Source of the DNA: an uncultured cyanobacterium
Lineage (GTDB): Bacteria > Cyanobacteriota > Cyanobacteriia > Cyanobacteriales > CAWCAG01
DNA length: 64,000 nucleotides
Direction of reading: 5' to 3'
NCBI GenBank assembly: GCA_963803805.1
Contig: CAWDOD010000004.1
Coordinates: 96,001-160,000 of the forward strand
A program made the position numbers and the translations under genes. How positions within the stretch are numbered: position 1 is the stretch's first letter; each line of letters opens with the position of its first letter. The notes under the pieces are model-generated. The model was not told where the DNA came from, ran no database searches, and saw only the letters and a list, made by a program, of their open reading frames with translations. Of the stretch, positions 11,406-23,400 are shown piece after piece.

Positions 11406-11861
11406 TTATGCTATAGTATTTTTGCCTTCAAGATAATCTTTAATTTGATGATTGTGGTCGTAGGACAAATCATTAATGGGGATGGTTTCACGAGTGAAAA
11501 TTTGCACTTCTGTTACTTCTAATTCGTCTTGTACATTAATAGTTCCTTGGACTTTTGCTTCTACTAGAAGACAAATTGAATGAATTCTCGGATCTCGATT
11601 CATATCTGAGTAAACTCCTATTAAGCGCCCCATAGTTATTAACTCTAAACCTGTCTCTTCTTTTAACTCCCGCTTGACAGTTGTAGAAATATTTTCTCCC
11701 CAATCAACAAAGCCTCCAGGTATAGACCATTTACCCGTATCTCTGCGCCGAATAAGGACAATATTTCCATCCGGTAAAACAGGAATGATACTGACACCAG
11801 TGAGGGGATGGCGAAAGATAATACCGAGGATTGTTTTGAGATATTGCCACAAAAGACCCAT
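11406..11861 (-). CDS. NUDIX hydrolase
   Basis: Nudix box GGFVDWGE......RELKEETGL; RDPRIHSI. Confidence 0.9.
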   Translation of the reverse strand: MGLLWQYLKTILGIIFRHPLTGVSIIPVLPDGNIVLIRRRDTGKWSIPGGFVDWGENISTTVKRELKEETGLELITMGRLIGVYSDMNRDPRIHSICLLVEAKVQGTINVQDELEVTEVQIFTRETIPINDLSYDHNHQIKDYLEGKNTIA

Positions 11862-11980
11862 AGACTGTCTGTAGACCTGCTTTATGAAGCTAAATTTAGG
11901 CTCTTACTTAGGAAGGACAACCAGACAAAAGGCAATGCTTAAGATAATGCTTGTGATCGCCTTATATTTCCTATTTTATC

Positions 11981-12012
11981 AAAAAAACTCCTACTAAAGA
12001 GGTAGGAGTTTT
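11981..12012 (-). terminator. Intrinsic terminator hairpin
   Basis: A7-CTCCTAC-loop-GTAGGAG-T4, downstream of the 12106-12306 minus-strand gene. Confidence 0.65.
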
Positions 12013-12105
12013 GCTGATTTACTCTGTTACCTTAAAATTGATAAAAAGCTATTTTTTTTAAAATTCAAAACTCATACCTTAGCCAATTTTCAAGAAGCAG
12101 TAAGC

Positions 12106-12306
12106 TTATTTTGGTTGCATTGTCCTTAGTTCTTGCATAAGAAACTCTATCTCCGCTTCTAGAGATAAGTATTTAACTTGTTGGTCGGCTTGATAAGGAG
12201 ATTTCCGCTCTAAACTACTGTTGTTGATAGTTCCTAAGCTTTTAGTGTCCCAGGTATCTTTAACAGTGTTTTGTGAAGGATTTGTGCTAGGTAATTTAAT
12301 TGACAT
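12106..12306 (-). CDS. Small cyanobacterial hypothetical protein
   Basis: 66 aa ending YQADQQVKYLSLEAEIEFLMQEL; followed by a terminator. Confidence 0.65.
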   Translation of the reverse strand: MSIKLPSTNPSQNTVKDTWDTKSLGTINNSSLERKSPYQADQQVKYLSLEAEIEFLMQELRTMQPK

Positions 12307-12756
12307 TAATCGTTAGGATAATTATAAGAATTTTCACACCACTGGGAATTGTAGCTTGAATAGGAAACTTATTTGTATCTATTGTGGCGATTTTCAAATT
12401 GGCGAATAATTGTAGCATTTGTTTGACAAATAATACTTAAAAGGAGAAATAACAACTTGATTTTCAAGAAATATGCCGATACAATTGCTACGGAGTAAGG
12501 GTTTGCAAAGATTTTTTCCTTTCTAAAAATTCGTCTGATTTTTCTTTGATTAATTAATATATAGGGTAACTTGCAGAGTGACTGATTGGAAAAAACTATT
12601 TTATTAATAGTTTCAATAGATAATGTTTGATTATTCACCCTTGAATTCTTTTAAAATCCTTATATTACTTAGTTTAATCTCTGTAATAGCCCTAGTTTAT
12701 TATCTAACAAGCCTCACTCAATCTCTTCCGGTTCGAGACAGCCCTATAAGATTCAT

Positions 12757-14112
12757 TTAGTCTCCATTATCATCAGCAGGAATCATGACAGTAAAAGTTG
12801 TTCCTTCATTAATTACGCTGGTGACAGAAATTTTTCCTTGATGATTTTCCACAATTGCTTTGGCGATCGCTAAACCTAATCCAGCAGAAGTTACTTCCCC
12901 ATTAGTTTGTTGGTGAGGGCGGGCAGGATCAAGGCGATAAAAACGATCAAAGAGATGAGGTAAAGCAGACTCAGGAATACCTATGCCATTATCTTTGATT
13001 TCAACTTGTAAATACTCGTGGCGATCGCGCTTTGTTCCTTTTAATTCTACTTCAATGGAGGCTTGGGAAACAGAGGAACTGTTGTATTCTAAAGCATTGC
13101 TGATTAAGTTGGTAAATAAACGGGCTAATTGATCCCAATCTCCTTTGAGGGTGAAAATATCATCTTCAAGACTTTTATCCGGGGGTTCTACTAAGTGAAG
13201 AGAGAGAAAAATACTTTTTTGTTCGGCAACAATTCTTTGTTCTTCAATCACCTCAATTAATAAAGCATCTAAGGGCAGAGGTTGCAGATTTGCTTGTACT
13301 ATACCACTGTCAGAACGAGCTAGGAAAAGGAGATCATTAACTAAATTCCCTAAACGCTTCGTTAACCTTTCTACTACCTGGAGTTGCCTTTGCAGCAATT
13401 GTGGTTCGGCTTCAGGATAATTCAGGGCCATTTGTACGTTAGTTTGAATCATTGCAATGGGGTTACGCAGTTCATGGGAAGCGTCGGCAGTGAACTGTTT
13501 TAAGCTTTGATAGGAATCCTTAACAGGTTTCATTGCTATACCAGAAAGGAACCAACCCATAGCAGCGACGCAACCAATGGTAAAAATTGTCCCTAAAGTT
13601 AAATCAAAAATGAGTTGGCGAATAGGTTTGGTAACTTCAAACCAAGGATGACTAACCCGCAAATAACCTAAAATGAAGTGGCTGCGAGAGTTACTGGCAA
13701 CTAGACGCTGGAGATCAACTCTTTGTGTAAACTGTCGCAGGAGGTGATCGGCAACGGTTTCTCCTACCCGTTTAGGATTTAAGGGAATATCAAGGGGTTC
13801 ACCAAAGGTAGACCAAAGTAATTTACCATTAGGGCTAAACCATTCAATATCAATGTGATCGTCTTCTAAAACTCTGCCATTGTCCCGAAAGCTAGCTTCT
13901 AAGTTAACTCTGTAACCTGATGCTGTATCGGATGTAGGTTCAATAACTAGCGATCGCTCTACTACTTCTACTACGTGTTTGAGGGTGTCGTCAATGCGTT
14001 CAATTAAGGTAGTGCGAACGTAAAAGTAAAACCCTGTAGCAAAAACTAAAAGCAGTACCCCAGTAAGGATAGTATACCAAAGGGCTAAACGGTAACGAGT
14101 TGTTTGGAACAT
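12757..14112 (-). CDS. Membrane sensor histidine kinase (possibly ManS/Hik27-like)
   Basis: Two TM segments, FTADASHELRNP, NLISNA, DNGIGIP, LFDRFYR, GLGLAIA. Confidence 0.85.
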   Translation of the reverse strand: MFQTTRYRLALWYTILTGVLLLVFATGFYFYVRTTLIERIDDTLKHVVEVVERSLVIEPTSDTASGYRVNLEASFRDNGRVLEDDHIDIEWFSPNGKLLWSTFGEPLDIPLNPKRVGETVADHLLRQFTQRVDLQRLVASNSRSHFILGYLRVSHPWFEVTKPIRQLIFDLTLGTIFTIGCVAAMGWFLSGIAMKPVKDSYQSLKQFTADASHELRNPIAMIQTNVQMALNYPEAEPQLLQRQLQVVERLTKRLGNLVNDLLFLARSDSGIVQANLQPLPLDALLIEVIEEQRIVAEQKSIFLSLHLVEPPDKSLEDDIFTLKGDWDQLARLFTNLISNALEYNSSSVSQASIEVELKGTKRDRHEYLQVEIKDNGIGIPESALPHLFDRFYRLDPARPHQQTNGEVTSAGLGLAIAKAIVENHQGKISVTSVINEGTTFTVMIPADDNGD

Positions 14113-14585
14113 TCAAAAAACCGTTTTTAATGACGCACCTTTTTCACCGTATACATAATATTATGTCAAGTCAGAAAAAAGCAAATAGAGAACAAGAATA
14201 ATTTCCAAAATTCCTCTAGCTGAAAATGTGGAATTTGTCAAAAAAAGTTTGAAAACTACTCCAAAATTTGTGCATCCAAACATCTTTAATGACCGGGATT
14301 TTGAAGATAAAAATGAGTAAAACCATCGGTCTGTCTGGCTTGTAGAGATTAGGTTTTGATTTTGGATATAAGGGGAGGAGTATGATTTTCTGATTTTTCT
14401 ATTAAACCACGTAAATGCGTCTTTTGAAACAACTTTCTCCTCTTGACAAATTTTTAGTTGAAGTTATGTAAATTCAAAAGATTTAATGGCCAACCGAACT
14501 TAAGTAAGTCAAAGCTTATAATACCTACCCCGTCCTTAGCTTTCTTACTCTGCTTTAACTGTCTAACCTAATTGTAGATAATTCC

Positions 14586-15164
14586 TCAATCATTACTAAG
14601 GTCAAATTTCACCTTGCGATAAAGTTCTTTAACAGTTAAAGAAAACCCGATACTTGTCAAATTCAAAGTATCCTCAGCTTCATAAGAACGTAACACCCAT
14701 AAACCCTCTTCGTTGCGGCGAAAACATTCTACTCTTATTTCATCTGATTGAATTAAAACGTATTCTTTTAAAGTAGTTAATTGGCGATAGCGAGTAAACT
14801 TTTTCCCTCTATCCATTGCTTCAGTAGAAGGAGAAAGCACTTCCACAATTAAGCAAGGATACTGCACTAAATCATTTGATTCCTTGTCCCTAGCATCACA
14901 AGTTACCATCACATCAGGATAATGATATGGTCCAGAAGGAGAGATTTGTACCTTCACATCTGCTATATAAATATCGCAATCTTTTTCTGCTAAAAAACTA
15001 TTTAAAGCTGTTGCCAAATTTAAAGCAATGCGGTTGTGAGGTTTTGTCCCGCCAGTCATAGCAAAAACTTCACCATCAATATATTCGTAACGAAGTTCTT
15101 TGCTTTTTTCCCACTCCAGATAATCTTGAGGAGTCATAGCGGGAGATTTGAAATTAGCGACCAT
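14586..15164 (-). CDS. Uma2 (DUF820) family endonuclease
   Basis: RYEYIDGEVFAMTGG, YPDVMV, LIVEVLSPST..DRGKKF; likely start MVANFK. Confidence 0.9.
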   Translation of the reverse strand: MVANFKSPAMTPQDYLEWEKSKELRYEYIDGEVFAMTGGTKPHNRIALNLATALNSFLAEKDCDIYIADVKVQISPSGPYHYPDVMVTCDARDKESNDLVQYPCLIVEVLSPSTEAMDRGKKFTRYRQLTTLKEYVLIQSDEIRVECFRRNEEGLWVLRSYEAEDTLNLTSIGFSLTVKELYRKVKFDLSND

Positions 15165-15360
15165 TACTTTCTTGCTTTTTTTCCTGTTATCTAACTCAAT
15201 TTTAGGCAATTACCTATTAGCGATCGCCAATCTTCACCAATCGAAAGAGAAGTTTCCTAACCAATACCAAATTCGGTTCATATCGACCGAACAAAGTTGT
15301 CAAACCCCAGTTCCCTAGCTCCCTACCCTAACAAATAACTCATACAACAAAGGTATAACA

Positions 15361-16632
15361 TCACGACCATTGGCGAAAAATTCCGAAGGCGGAAGTATAA
15401 CCATGAAGAAAAGTGCTTCCTCCCACAGGACCAATTTCACCATTGCAGAAAAAACCACTTAACTGCACATCTTTGAGATAACTGCGTAATAAACTAGAAT
15501 CAAAATTAGGTTTGCCATAAAGTCTTTCTCCGCGACCTAAACAAGCAAACATCAAAACCCCAGCCCCAAAAGATTGCTCCCCACTTTGTTGTTGTTGTTG
15601 ATAATTCTTAAGCAGCTTTTCTAAATCTTCAGCCGATGTTTGGGAATCTCTTAAATGAAATTGAATACGTTGTCCTGGACGAACACGATCGCCGATGGCA
15701 ACTGCCCCAACACGGGGATCTACTCCTACCAAGTTGCGGATCAAAAAATCCCTTTGTCCTAAATTAAGTTTAAACTCATCCCTGATAACTCCTACAAAAA
15801 GAGAGTTTTGTGCCAACTGTCGATCAGACTCACTTAAATTATTAATTAACTCTCTGAGCAACTCTAAAGGGGGATGTGGGGTACAATCAGTAGCCATTTG
15901 GCTATTATTCGTATCAGCCATTTCCAGGATAACATTGCGTTCTCCTTTCGTTATTTGATACAAAGGGCCGATGGAACGACAGCCTTGTGCAACAATGGTT
16001 TCGACAGTAATCTTCCCACTTAAAGCAACTCCTACCGTACCTTGCTGGTGAAAAAAGTTGTTAGGATGGGTTGAAGAGTAACAAAACAAACCATTGGGAA
16101 CTCCAACTGTCCCGGCACTAGCCAGTCCTCCTATTTTAATAGAACCAGGATAAGCAAAATCCAATCCTTCCAACAAATCATTAATATTAGAAGAAAAAGG
16201 GTCAGCTAATAAAATAAATTGCGGTTGTTTTTGAGGAGAAACGCCTATGATGTCTACCCAACTTTGGGGGGAACTATCCGAATCTGGTAAATCATCTCCT
16301 AAAACCTGAAAAGGCTTAATCTCTACCCCAGGTAAGCAAGCTACGCTAAGACTCAAAGCACAATTATCTTCAACCTCAACAGCTTCCCCCTGGCTATCCA
16401 TACCAATAATGCCTGCACCACCACAACCAATTAATACAGATAAAGGCAACTCTGCTTGTAAAAGAGGAACCAACCTAGGATATTCACTGGCATAAGCTGA
16501 GGAAATAAACACGATCCCCAACTCAGGAGGCTCAAACACCGACTGCCTGATCCTAGTTGTCACCTCCTTGACTGCTGCTTCCAAGGAAGGAAGAGTTGAT
16601 AAAGCATTTTTCCACTGGAATTGGTTAGCCAT
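15361..16632 (-). CDS. FIST domain signal-transduction protein
   Basis: LIGCGGAG, GGLAS, QGCR.IG, FACLGRG, GFFCNGEIGP, LHGYT. Confidence 0.9.
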   Translation of the reverse strand: MANQFQWKNALSTLPSLEAAVKEVTTRIRQSVFEPPELGIVFISSAYASEYPRLVPLLQAELPLSVLIGCGGAGIIGMDSQGEAVEVEDNCALSLSVACLPGVEIKPFQVLGDDLPDSDSSPQSWVDIIGVSPQKQPQFILLADPFSSNINDLLEGLDFAYPGSIKIGGLASAGTVGVPNGLFCYSSTHPNNFFHQQGTVGVALSGKITVETIVAQGCRSIGPLYQITKGERNVILEMADTNNSQMATDCTPHPPLELLRELINNLSESDRQLAQNSLFVGVIRDEFKLNLGQRDFLIRNLVGVDPRVGAVAIGDRVRPGQRIQFHLRDSQTSAEDLEKLLKNYQQQQQSGEQSFGAGVLMFACLGRGERLYGKPNFDSSLLRSYLKDVQLSGFFCNGEIGPVGGSTFLHGYTSAFGIFRQWS

Positions 16633-16853
16633 CGCTTTTGGGGATTGATTATTGTGCTTTTGGTACTTTAATAGATACAGTAATTCAAGCTTGCTTAAAT
16701 CTTAAAAGATTGGGAGCAATCTGAGGGAAAAATCCTCTCTAGATGTTATGTCTTAAAATTAAAGATGTTTGCAGTTTCATCTTGAGCAACGCAAACAATA
16801 CCGCTTGTCAAAGCTTCGTATAGTAAAAAAACAACTCGCAAAAAAAAGGAAAC

Positions 16854-17078
16854 ATGAGTAATAACATACAAGAACAAATCGAAAAAGAACGCCAGCAAGC
16901 CCGTGAAGCCTGTTCTGTTGATTCAGATTCTAGTGATTGTGCTGCTGCTTGGGATGCTGTAGAAGAATTACAAGCAGAAGCTGCCCACCAAAAATCTTCT
17001 GGCCCGAAAAAAAACTCCTTAGAACAATACTGTGATGATAATCCAGATGCGGCTGAGTGCAGAATCTATGATGATTAA
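16854..17078 (+). CDS. cp12: Calvin cycle regulator CP12
   Basis: N-terminal Cys pair, AWDAVEEL core, YCDDNPDAAECRIYDD. Confidence 0.95.
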   Translation: MSNNIQEQIEKERQQAREACSVDSDSSDCAAAWDAVEELQAEAAHQKSSGPKKNSLEQYCDDNPDAAECRIYDD

Positions 17079-17239
17079 AGCTTAGGCCCACATAAAAATA
17101 AATTGGGAATAAGAAAGTATAAGATATAAAAGTTCAGTTTTAGTAGCTAAAAAGGCTTCTGGCTTATTTTTATGCCACCTAAACTCTATAGCTCTTAACT
17201 TTACTACCAAATCTTATTCCCTTTCTTTGTACAAGATCC

Positions 17240-17839
17240 ATGCCCGATGATATGTGGTTTCAACCCTTAGTCTGGACAGACTACAAATTAGCCGTAATTT
17301 TTACTGTATTATTGCCCATAATTCTATCAATCTGGGCCTTCGTAAAAAAAGCTGAGGGTGTTCAGCGACTGTTAATAATCTACTGGCGTGTTGCTAGTTT
17401 ACTGATGATTACAGTTTATCTTTTGATTCCTAGCTGGGCTATTGGCTTTGTTACAGGCTGGTTTGCTAGGGTTTTAATTCCCATCTCTCTCTGGTTTTGG
17501 GCCGATCTTAACGAAGAAATTGCTGATCAGCCCCAGCGCTTCCTTAAGTTAGCAGTAACTTCCTGGCGCTGGGCAGTTACTATTTACTGTCTTTTAGGAC
17601 TCATAGTGACAACACCTTCTTTACAATGTGCCTTATTTCCCCAAGCAAAAATTACGAGTTCTTTTTGTCGGGCTTGGTTAGAAGCACCTTGGGGTTACAG
17701 AAATTTGTTTCACGGTGGCTCTAGTCCCGGTTTTCTAGGCTTTATGGGGGTAGTAGCGCTTTGTATTTATATAATTTATTTAGCCTACTTTGTTCTCATT
17801 AGATTGGCTAAACAAGGTCGATCAGCGATGGAACAGTAA
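17240..17839 (+). CDS. DUF3177-like membrane protein
   Basis: LVWTDY.LA, IYWRVASLL, LWFW.DLNEEI, QGRSA. Confidence 0.8.
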   Translation: MPDDMWFQPLVWTDYKLAVIFTVLLPIILSIWAFVKKAEGVQRLLIIYWRVASLLMITVYLLIPSWAIGFVTGWFARVLIPISLWFWADLNEEIADQPQRFLKLAVTSWRWAVTIYCLLGLIVTTPSLQCALFPQAKITSSFCRAWLEAPWGYRNLFHGGSSPGFLGFMGVVALCIYIIYLAYFVLIRLAKQGRSAMEQ

Positions 17840-17912
17840 GAAAGGTTGCTAGTTGCTAATGGCTAGTTGCTAGTTGTTATGGGGAAACAGTATTTTTACT
17901 TGTTACTTGCTC

Positions 17913-18209
17913 ATGAACAATAAGGGCAAACGCTTGGAAGCTTATACAATTAAATGTCCTGGTGAAGTATTGATTGTTACAGCAAAAATCGCTGCAAAAG
18001 AAGACTGTATTATCATTTTCAAGGGCTTTTCTAGCTCCTTAATGTACACAACGGCATTTGATCCTGATGTTCCTTTGCTGCCGGAAGAATCTGAAATTAT
18101 CACAGTTGATCGAGTTCAAAGTCCTTATAACCCAGAAGTAGTTCGTTATATTCAACAAGGACTTGATTGGCAGGAAATGGAAAGCTTATTGGCAGCAGTA
18201 GGAGTATGA
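17913..18209 (+). CDS. Conserved cyanobacterial/plastid hypothetical protein
   Basis: IFKGFSSSL...TAFDPD, DR..SPYNP; ATG at 17913. Confidence 0.75.
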   Translation: MNNKGKRLEAYTIKCPGEVLIVTAKIAAKEDCIIIFKGFSSSLMYTTAFDPDVPLLPEESEIITVDRVQSPYNPEVVRYIQQGLDWQEMESLLAAVGV

Positions 18210-18366
18210 CGGAGTTAATATTGCCCCGGATGTTTCACTCGCTATTGTGTAAATAATTAAAATGGGTGCATCAGTAAAACAGTAGAGGTAAACAATTTCT
18301 GAGATTATGAAGGAAAATGTTATCCTCCACTGTGAAAGTGTGTTGTGTGAGGAATTTAATTAAATT

Positions 18367-19837
18367 ATGGTTACATCTCCTACCCGTTTTCAGCGAGTAA
18401 ATCGCTTCGATGTGCAGCAAAAGTATGCTGATTCTCTGCCTAGAGTAACTAATCATTTCTCTAATTTAGGGAGTTTACCCAAAGGCTCATTATTTGGCAC
18501 AGATGGTATCCGAGGGAAGGCAGGAGAGCTATTAAATGCTCCTTTAGCCCTGCAAGTTGGTTTTTGGGCTGGACAGGTTTTGAAGGCGGCTACAGAGGAA
18601 TCTGGCCCAGTTATTGTCGGTCAAGATTCCCGTAACTCCAGTGATATGCTAGCTATGTCTTTGGCTGCTGGCTTAACCTCAGCAGGTGTGGAAGTTTGGC
18701 ATCTTGGTTTATGCCCAACTCCTTGTGTTGCTTACTTAACCAGCATCACAGAAGCGATCGGAGGCATTATGATCTCTGCTAGCCATAATCCTCCCCAGGA
18801 TAATGGTATCAAGTTTTTTAATGCTAAGGGAACTAAGTTATCCGCCGCCGCTAACCAAGAAATTGAAGCCGGGTTGCGGGGTACGAATGGGGAAGCAGAT
18901 TTGTCCTTAAGTTGGGGAAAGCGTTATGAACGTCCGGCTTTACTTGCCCACTATATTGAGTCTTTGCAACAATCCTTACCGCCTCAACAAAGTTTGTTGG
19001 GAATGCGCGTTGTCTTAGATTTGGCTTGGGGGGCTTCTGTAGCCCTTGCGCCGACGGTATTTGAAGCGATGGGAGCAGAAGTAATTTGCTTACATGAACA
19101 ACCAGACGGCGATCGCATTAATGTTAATTGTGGCTCAACTCACTTAGATATTTTGCAACAAGCTGTGGTTCATCATCAAGCAGATTTAGGCTTCGCTTTT
19201 GATGGGGACGCAGATCGAGTTATGGCAGTGGATAATCAAGGTAGGGCGGTAGACGGAGACTATATCCTTTATCTTTGGGGTAAGGACCTTAAAAGAAAAA
19301 GGAGAACTACCTAATAACTTACTTATCGCCACCGTTATGGCTAACTTGGGCTTTGAAAAAGCTTGGGCTATGTTAGGGGGAGAGATGCTTCGGACTCAAG
19401 TTGGAGACAAGCACGTTCAAGCCGAAATGTTTAATACAGGGGCCATGTTAGGGGGAGAACAATCTGGTCATGTGATTTGTCACCACTACAGTTATTCTGG
19501 AGATGGAGTACAAACAGCACTACATCTTGCTTCGGTGGTTAAGCAATCAGAAGTTTCTTTAGCTGAATTAGTTGATAATAGCTTCCAAACCTATCCCCAA
19601 CTACTACGCAACGTGCGAGTAGAAAACCGCGATCGCCGTCTCAACTGGCAAGATTGCCAACCAGTACAAAGAGCGATCGCCCATGCAGAAAGAGAAATGG
19701 CAGATCAAGGTAGGATCTTAGTTCGTGCTTCAGGAACCGAACCAGTAATTAGGGTTATGGTAGAAGCTGTTGACGCGGCGATCGCCTGTCATTGGAGTGA
19801 ACAATTAGTTTTAGAAGTACAGAAGTATCTGGCTTAG
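18367..19837 (+). CDS. glmM: Phosphoglucosamine mutase, split by a +1 frameshift near 19291-19294
   Basis: [39 protein letters not shown]. Removing one A gives continuous [23 protein letters not shown]. Confidence 0.92.
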
Positions 19838-19933
19838 TTTGATTTGGGGAATAGGCAGGGGAAAGGGGAAAGAGTAAAGAGTAAAGAGTAAAAGGTAAGA
19901 TTATATTCAAAACTTATTACTTATTACTTTCCC

Positions 19934-20368
19934 ATGACTCCCATTTCCCCTCGAAACTTGGCGTTAGTTTTAGGTGCGATCGCCATCATTATTCTCAGCA
20001 GCAGTTGCGCTAAGTTAGATAGTCAAGTTGCTACCTCACCTAGTTCACCTCCTGCTGTAACTCAAGAAGTTTCTCCTCCGGCTGATATACCTACAGGTTT
20101 GCCGGAAGGATTAGGGAATCGGGTTATTGAAGATTTAGCTCAACGTACTGGTATTGCTGCCCAAGAATTAACTGTACTCCGCTACAGCAAAGAAACTTGG
20201 CCAGATGGTTGTTTGGGTTTGGGAGGTGCTGATGAATTTTGTACTGCTGTGTTGGTGGAAGGATGGCAAATAGAAGTTGTTGCAACCGCAGATGAATCGC
20301 TAAGTTGGTTTTATCGTACTAACTTAACGGGGGAAAACTTTCGTTTAGCGGGAGAGGGTAAAGGGTAA
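19934..20368 (+). CDS. Putative lipoprotein
   Basis: Lipobox-like LSSSC, Pro/Ser linker, TWPDGCLGL...C...V.GW..YRT. Confidence 0.75.
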   Translation: MTPISPRNLALVLGAIAIIILSSSCAKLDSQVATSPSSPPAVTQEVSPPADIPTGLPEGLGNRVIEDLAQRTGIAAQELTVLRYSKETWPDGCLGLGGADEFCTAVLVEGWQIEVVATADESLSWFYRTNLTGENFRLAGEGKG

Positions 20369-20400
20369 AATCATTAATAATTGAAAACTGAAATTCTCTG

Positions 20401-23400
20401 ATGGTTAAAAATATTTGGCACGATGTTTGGCGCGTTCTGAATACTGATGTTACGGAGTTTTTCACTCAGGATACCTGTAAAGACTATATTGAAGCTTTTC
20501 AGGGCTTTTTTGAACTGGCGGGGACTTTAGAGGAGAAGAAGGGGGAGTTAGGGCCGTTTCTGGGGCAAGTTGATTCGCTGTTAGATGTTCTTGATTCGCC
20601 TTTGGGGAAAGTTGTTGAGGCGGGTTTGCCTTTTTTGCCTTTGGTTACGGGAATTTTGACTTTCTATGTCGAGAAGAATAGAAAGGAACCGAGTTTAGAA
20701 GTTTGCATTGCTTTGGTGAGTCAGGGGGCATATTTGGAGAGTATGCAGAGATTCCTGAAAACCCATCCGGAGATTCACCAGCAGTTTAATGAAGAAAAGG
20801 TTTCTAAAAACCTGGGCAGAGAAATTAAAAACCTGGGGCAAAAGTTAGAACTTAATGGCGAAGAGTTTGCTTTAGATGAAGGGGAAGGGAGAAAGGTTTT
20901 ATTCTGTTTTCATGAATCAAAGTTAGCTGAGGCTTTTAACCAAATCCTGACAAAACGTTTCCAGGAAGCGGGGTTAAGGGAAACAGAAGCAGAAATTGTT
21001 ACAGAAAGAATTAGCCGCAATACTCATCGTTATCTGAAACGGGCTTTTGTTGAAGCGGGAGAGGCGGTGAAGAAGTTGGCTTCTGTTTATGGTGGGGATT
21101 GGCAACGGGAAGAGGAAGCTTATTTAAGTATTGATGATTATTTAGAAGAGGTTATTGCCAAAAAACCCCAGGAAAAGGTTTTTGATGAAGAGTTTAGTTT
21201 CCAGGATGTTTATGTTCCCCTGGAGGTTCAGTCTGTTAAGGAAGATGGGGAAATTAACGAATTTGCTGACCCGGAAAGTATTGAAGATTGGGCGCTGAAT
21301 CTCTTACAGGATGAGGGAAAGCAAGGGCAAGTTCTTTTTATTCAAGGAGGCCCAGGTAGAGGGAAAAGTGTTTTTTGTCGAATGTTTGCCGATAAAATAG
21401 GGCGAGAATTTTATCCGATTTGGACACCGATTTTAATTCGTTTGCGGGATGTTAGTACTTTTGAGTTTAATTTTGATAAAACTCTGCAAGCAGCAGTGGG
21501 TAGGGATTTTGCTACTAGTGATAATGGTTGGCTGACAGATCGTAATACTCGTTTTCTCTTTTTATTAGATGGTTTTGATGAGTTGCTGTTGGAAAGGGGG
21601 GCGAATCAAGGTTTAGAGAGTTTTTTAGACCAAGTAGCGAAGTTTCAGCAACAATGCAAGGAGAATAAAGAAAGGGGGCATAGGGTTGTGATTACGGGTA
21701 GACCTTTTGCCCTTTATGGTATTCAACGTTCCCTACGACATAGCAATTTAGGGCGGGTTGCTATTTTAACCATGTCGGAAACTATTCAAAGGAAGTGGTT
21801 AAGTTGTTGGGAAAAGGTTGTTGATGCAGATGCCAGCAAAGCTAAGGAGAAAACAGAAGCTTTCCAAGCATTTCTTAAAGAAAAACGCTGTCCCCAACAA
21901 ATAAAAATTCTGGCCCAGGAACCTCTTTTGCTGTATCTTCTCGCCGCAATGCACCGGGATGATGTTTTACAAACCCAGATGTTTGCTGAAGATAGTCCCG
22001 TTGACCCCAAGGTGCTAATTTATGAAACGGCCATTGATTGGGTATTGACGAAACAGAGAAGGGAAGCAGGCAAGGATTTAAACCCGAAAATTACTGGTTT
22101 AGATCCGGAGGACTTACGGAGTATTTTAGCCGAAGCTGGTTTATGTGTGGTGCAGTCAGGGCGGGAATATGCTGCGGTGGCGACCATTGAAGACCGTTTG
22201 ACAGCAAAGGAAGATGAGGCGGCGAAGGAACTTTTAGCAGATGCCAGGGAAAGGGATGAGAAGAATCCTCTTAAGAATGCTTTAGCGGCTTTTTATCTTA
22301 AATCTAGTCCCGGCGCAGAAAATTGTGTGGAGTTTTTTCATAAAAGTTTTGGGGAGTTTCTTTGTGCTGAAAGGATGGCAGAAAGTTTGACAGAATGGAC
22401 ACAGAAGACTGGGAAGCGCCGTAAAACCTACCTCATTTTTACTAAGGAGATGGATTGGCAAATTTATGATCTTTTTGGTTATGGGGCTTTGACCGTTGAA
22501 GTTGTTGGTTATTTAACTCCTTTGTTGATTCAAAGTCAGCCTGATTTTGTGGCTTTGTTTGAGAGGTTGAATGAGTTTTATTTGCGTTGGAGTGATGGGG
22601 AGTTTATTGAGTCTACGGAGGAGAGTTTACCGCAACGCAAGGCCAGGCAATTGCAAAAGTACGATGTTGATAGGGGGCAGCGAGAGGTTGATATTTATAC
22701 TGGTTTGAATGTATTGATTTTACTGTTGGAGTTACATCGTTATGGACAATCTCAGAAAGAGTTAAAGGATAAGGTTACTTTTTATCCTTGTGGCCAGCCT
22801 GATACAGAGGATTTTAATCGGTCGCGTTTGTTGCGTTTGATTGGTTATAGTGATTGTCTTGGAGTTTTTAGTTTTGCTTCCTTAGTTGGCAAATTTTTCA
22901 GTTACGCCGACCTCAGTAGGGCAACCTCAGTGAGGCCAACCTCAGTAGGGCCAACCTCAGTAAGGCCAACCTCAGTAGGGCCGACCTCATTAGCGCCAAC
23001 CTCAGTAAGGCCAACCTCAGTAGCGCCGCCCTCAGTAGCGCCAACCTCAGTAGGGCCAACCTCAGTAGCGCCGCCCTCAGTAGCGCCGACCTCAGTAGGG
23101 CCAACCTCAGTAGCGCCGCCCTCAGTAGCGCCGACCTCAGAAGCGCCGACCTCAGTAGCGCCGACCTCAGTAGCGCCGACCTCAGTAGGGCCGCCCTCAG
23201 TAGGCCAACCTCAGTAGGGCCAACCTCAGTAGGGCCAACCTCAGTAGGGCCAACCTCAGTAGGCCGACCTCAGTAGCGCCAACCTCAGTAGGGCCAACCT
23301 CAGTGGGCCAACCTCAGTAGGGCCAACCTCAGTAGGCCAACCTCAGTAGGGCCGACCTCAGTAGCGCCAACCTCAGTAGCGCCAACCTCAGTGATATTGA

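Noticed and set aside
12369..12638. 89-aa minus-strand ORF
   Set aside because: AT-rich intergenic sequence with no recognisable motif.
22906..23394. Possible CRISPR array or Pro/Thr/Ser-rich mucin-like tail
   Set aside because: Contiguous 15-bp units without spacers; the PTSV translation is the wrong frame of pentapeptide repeats.
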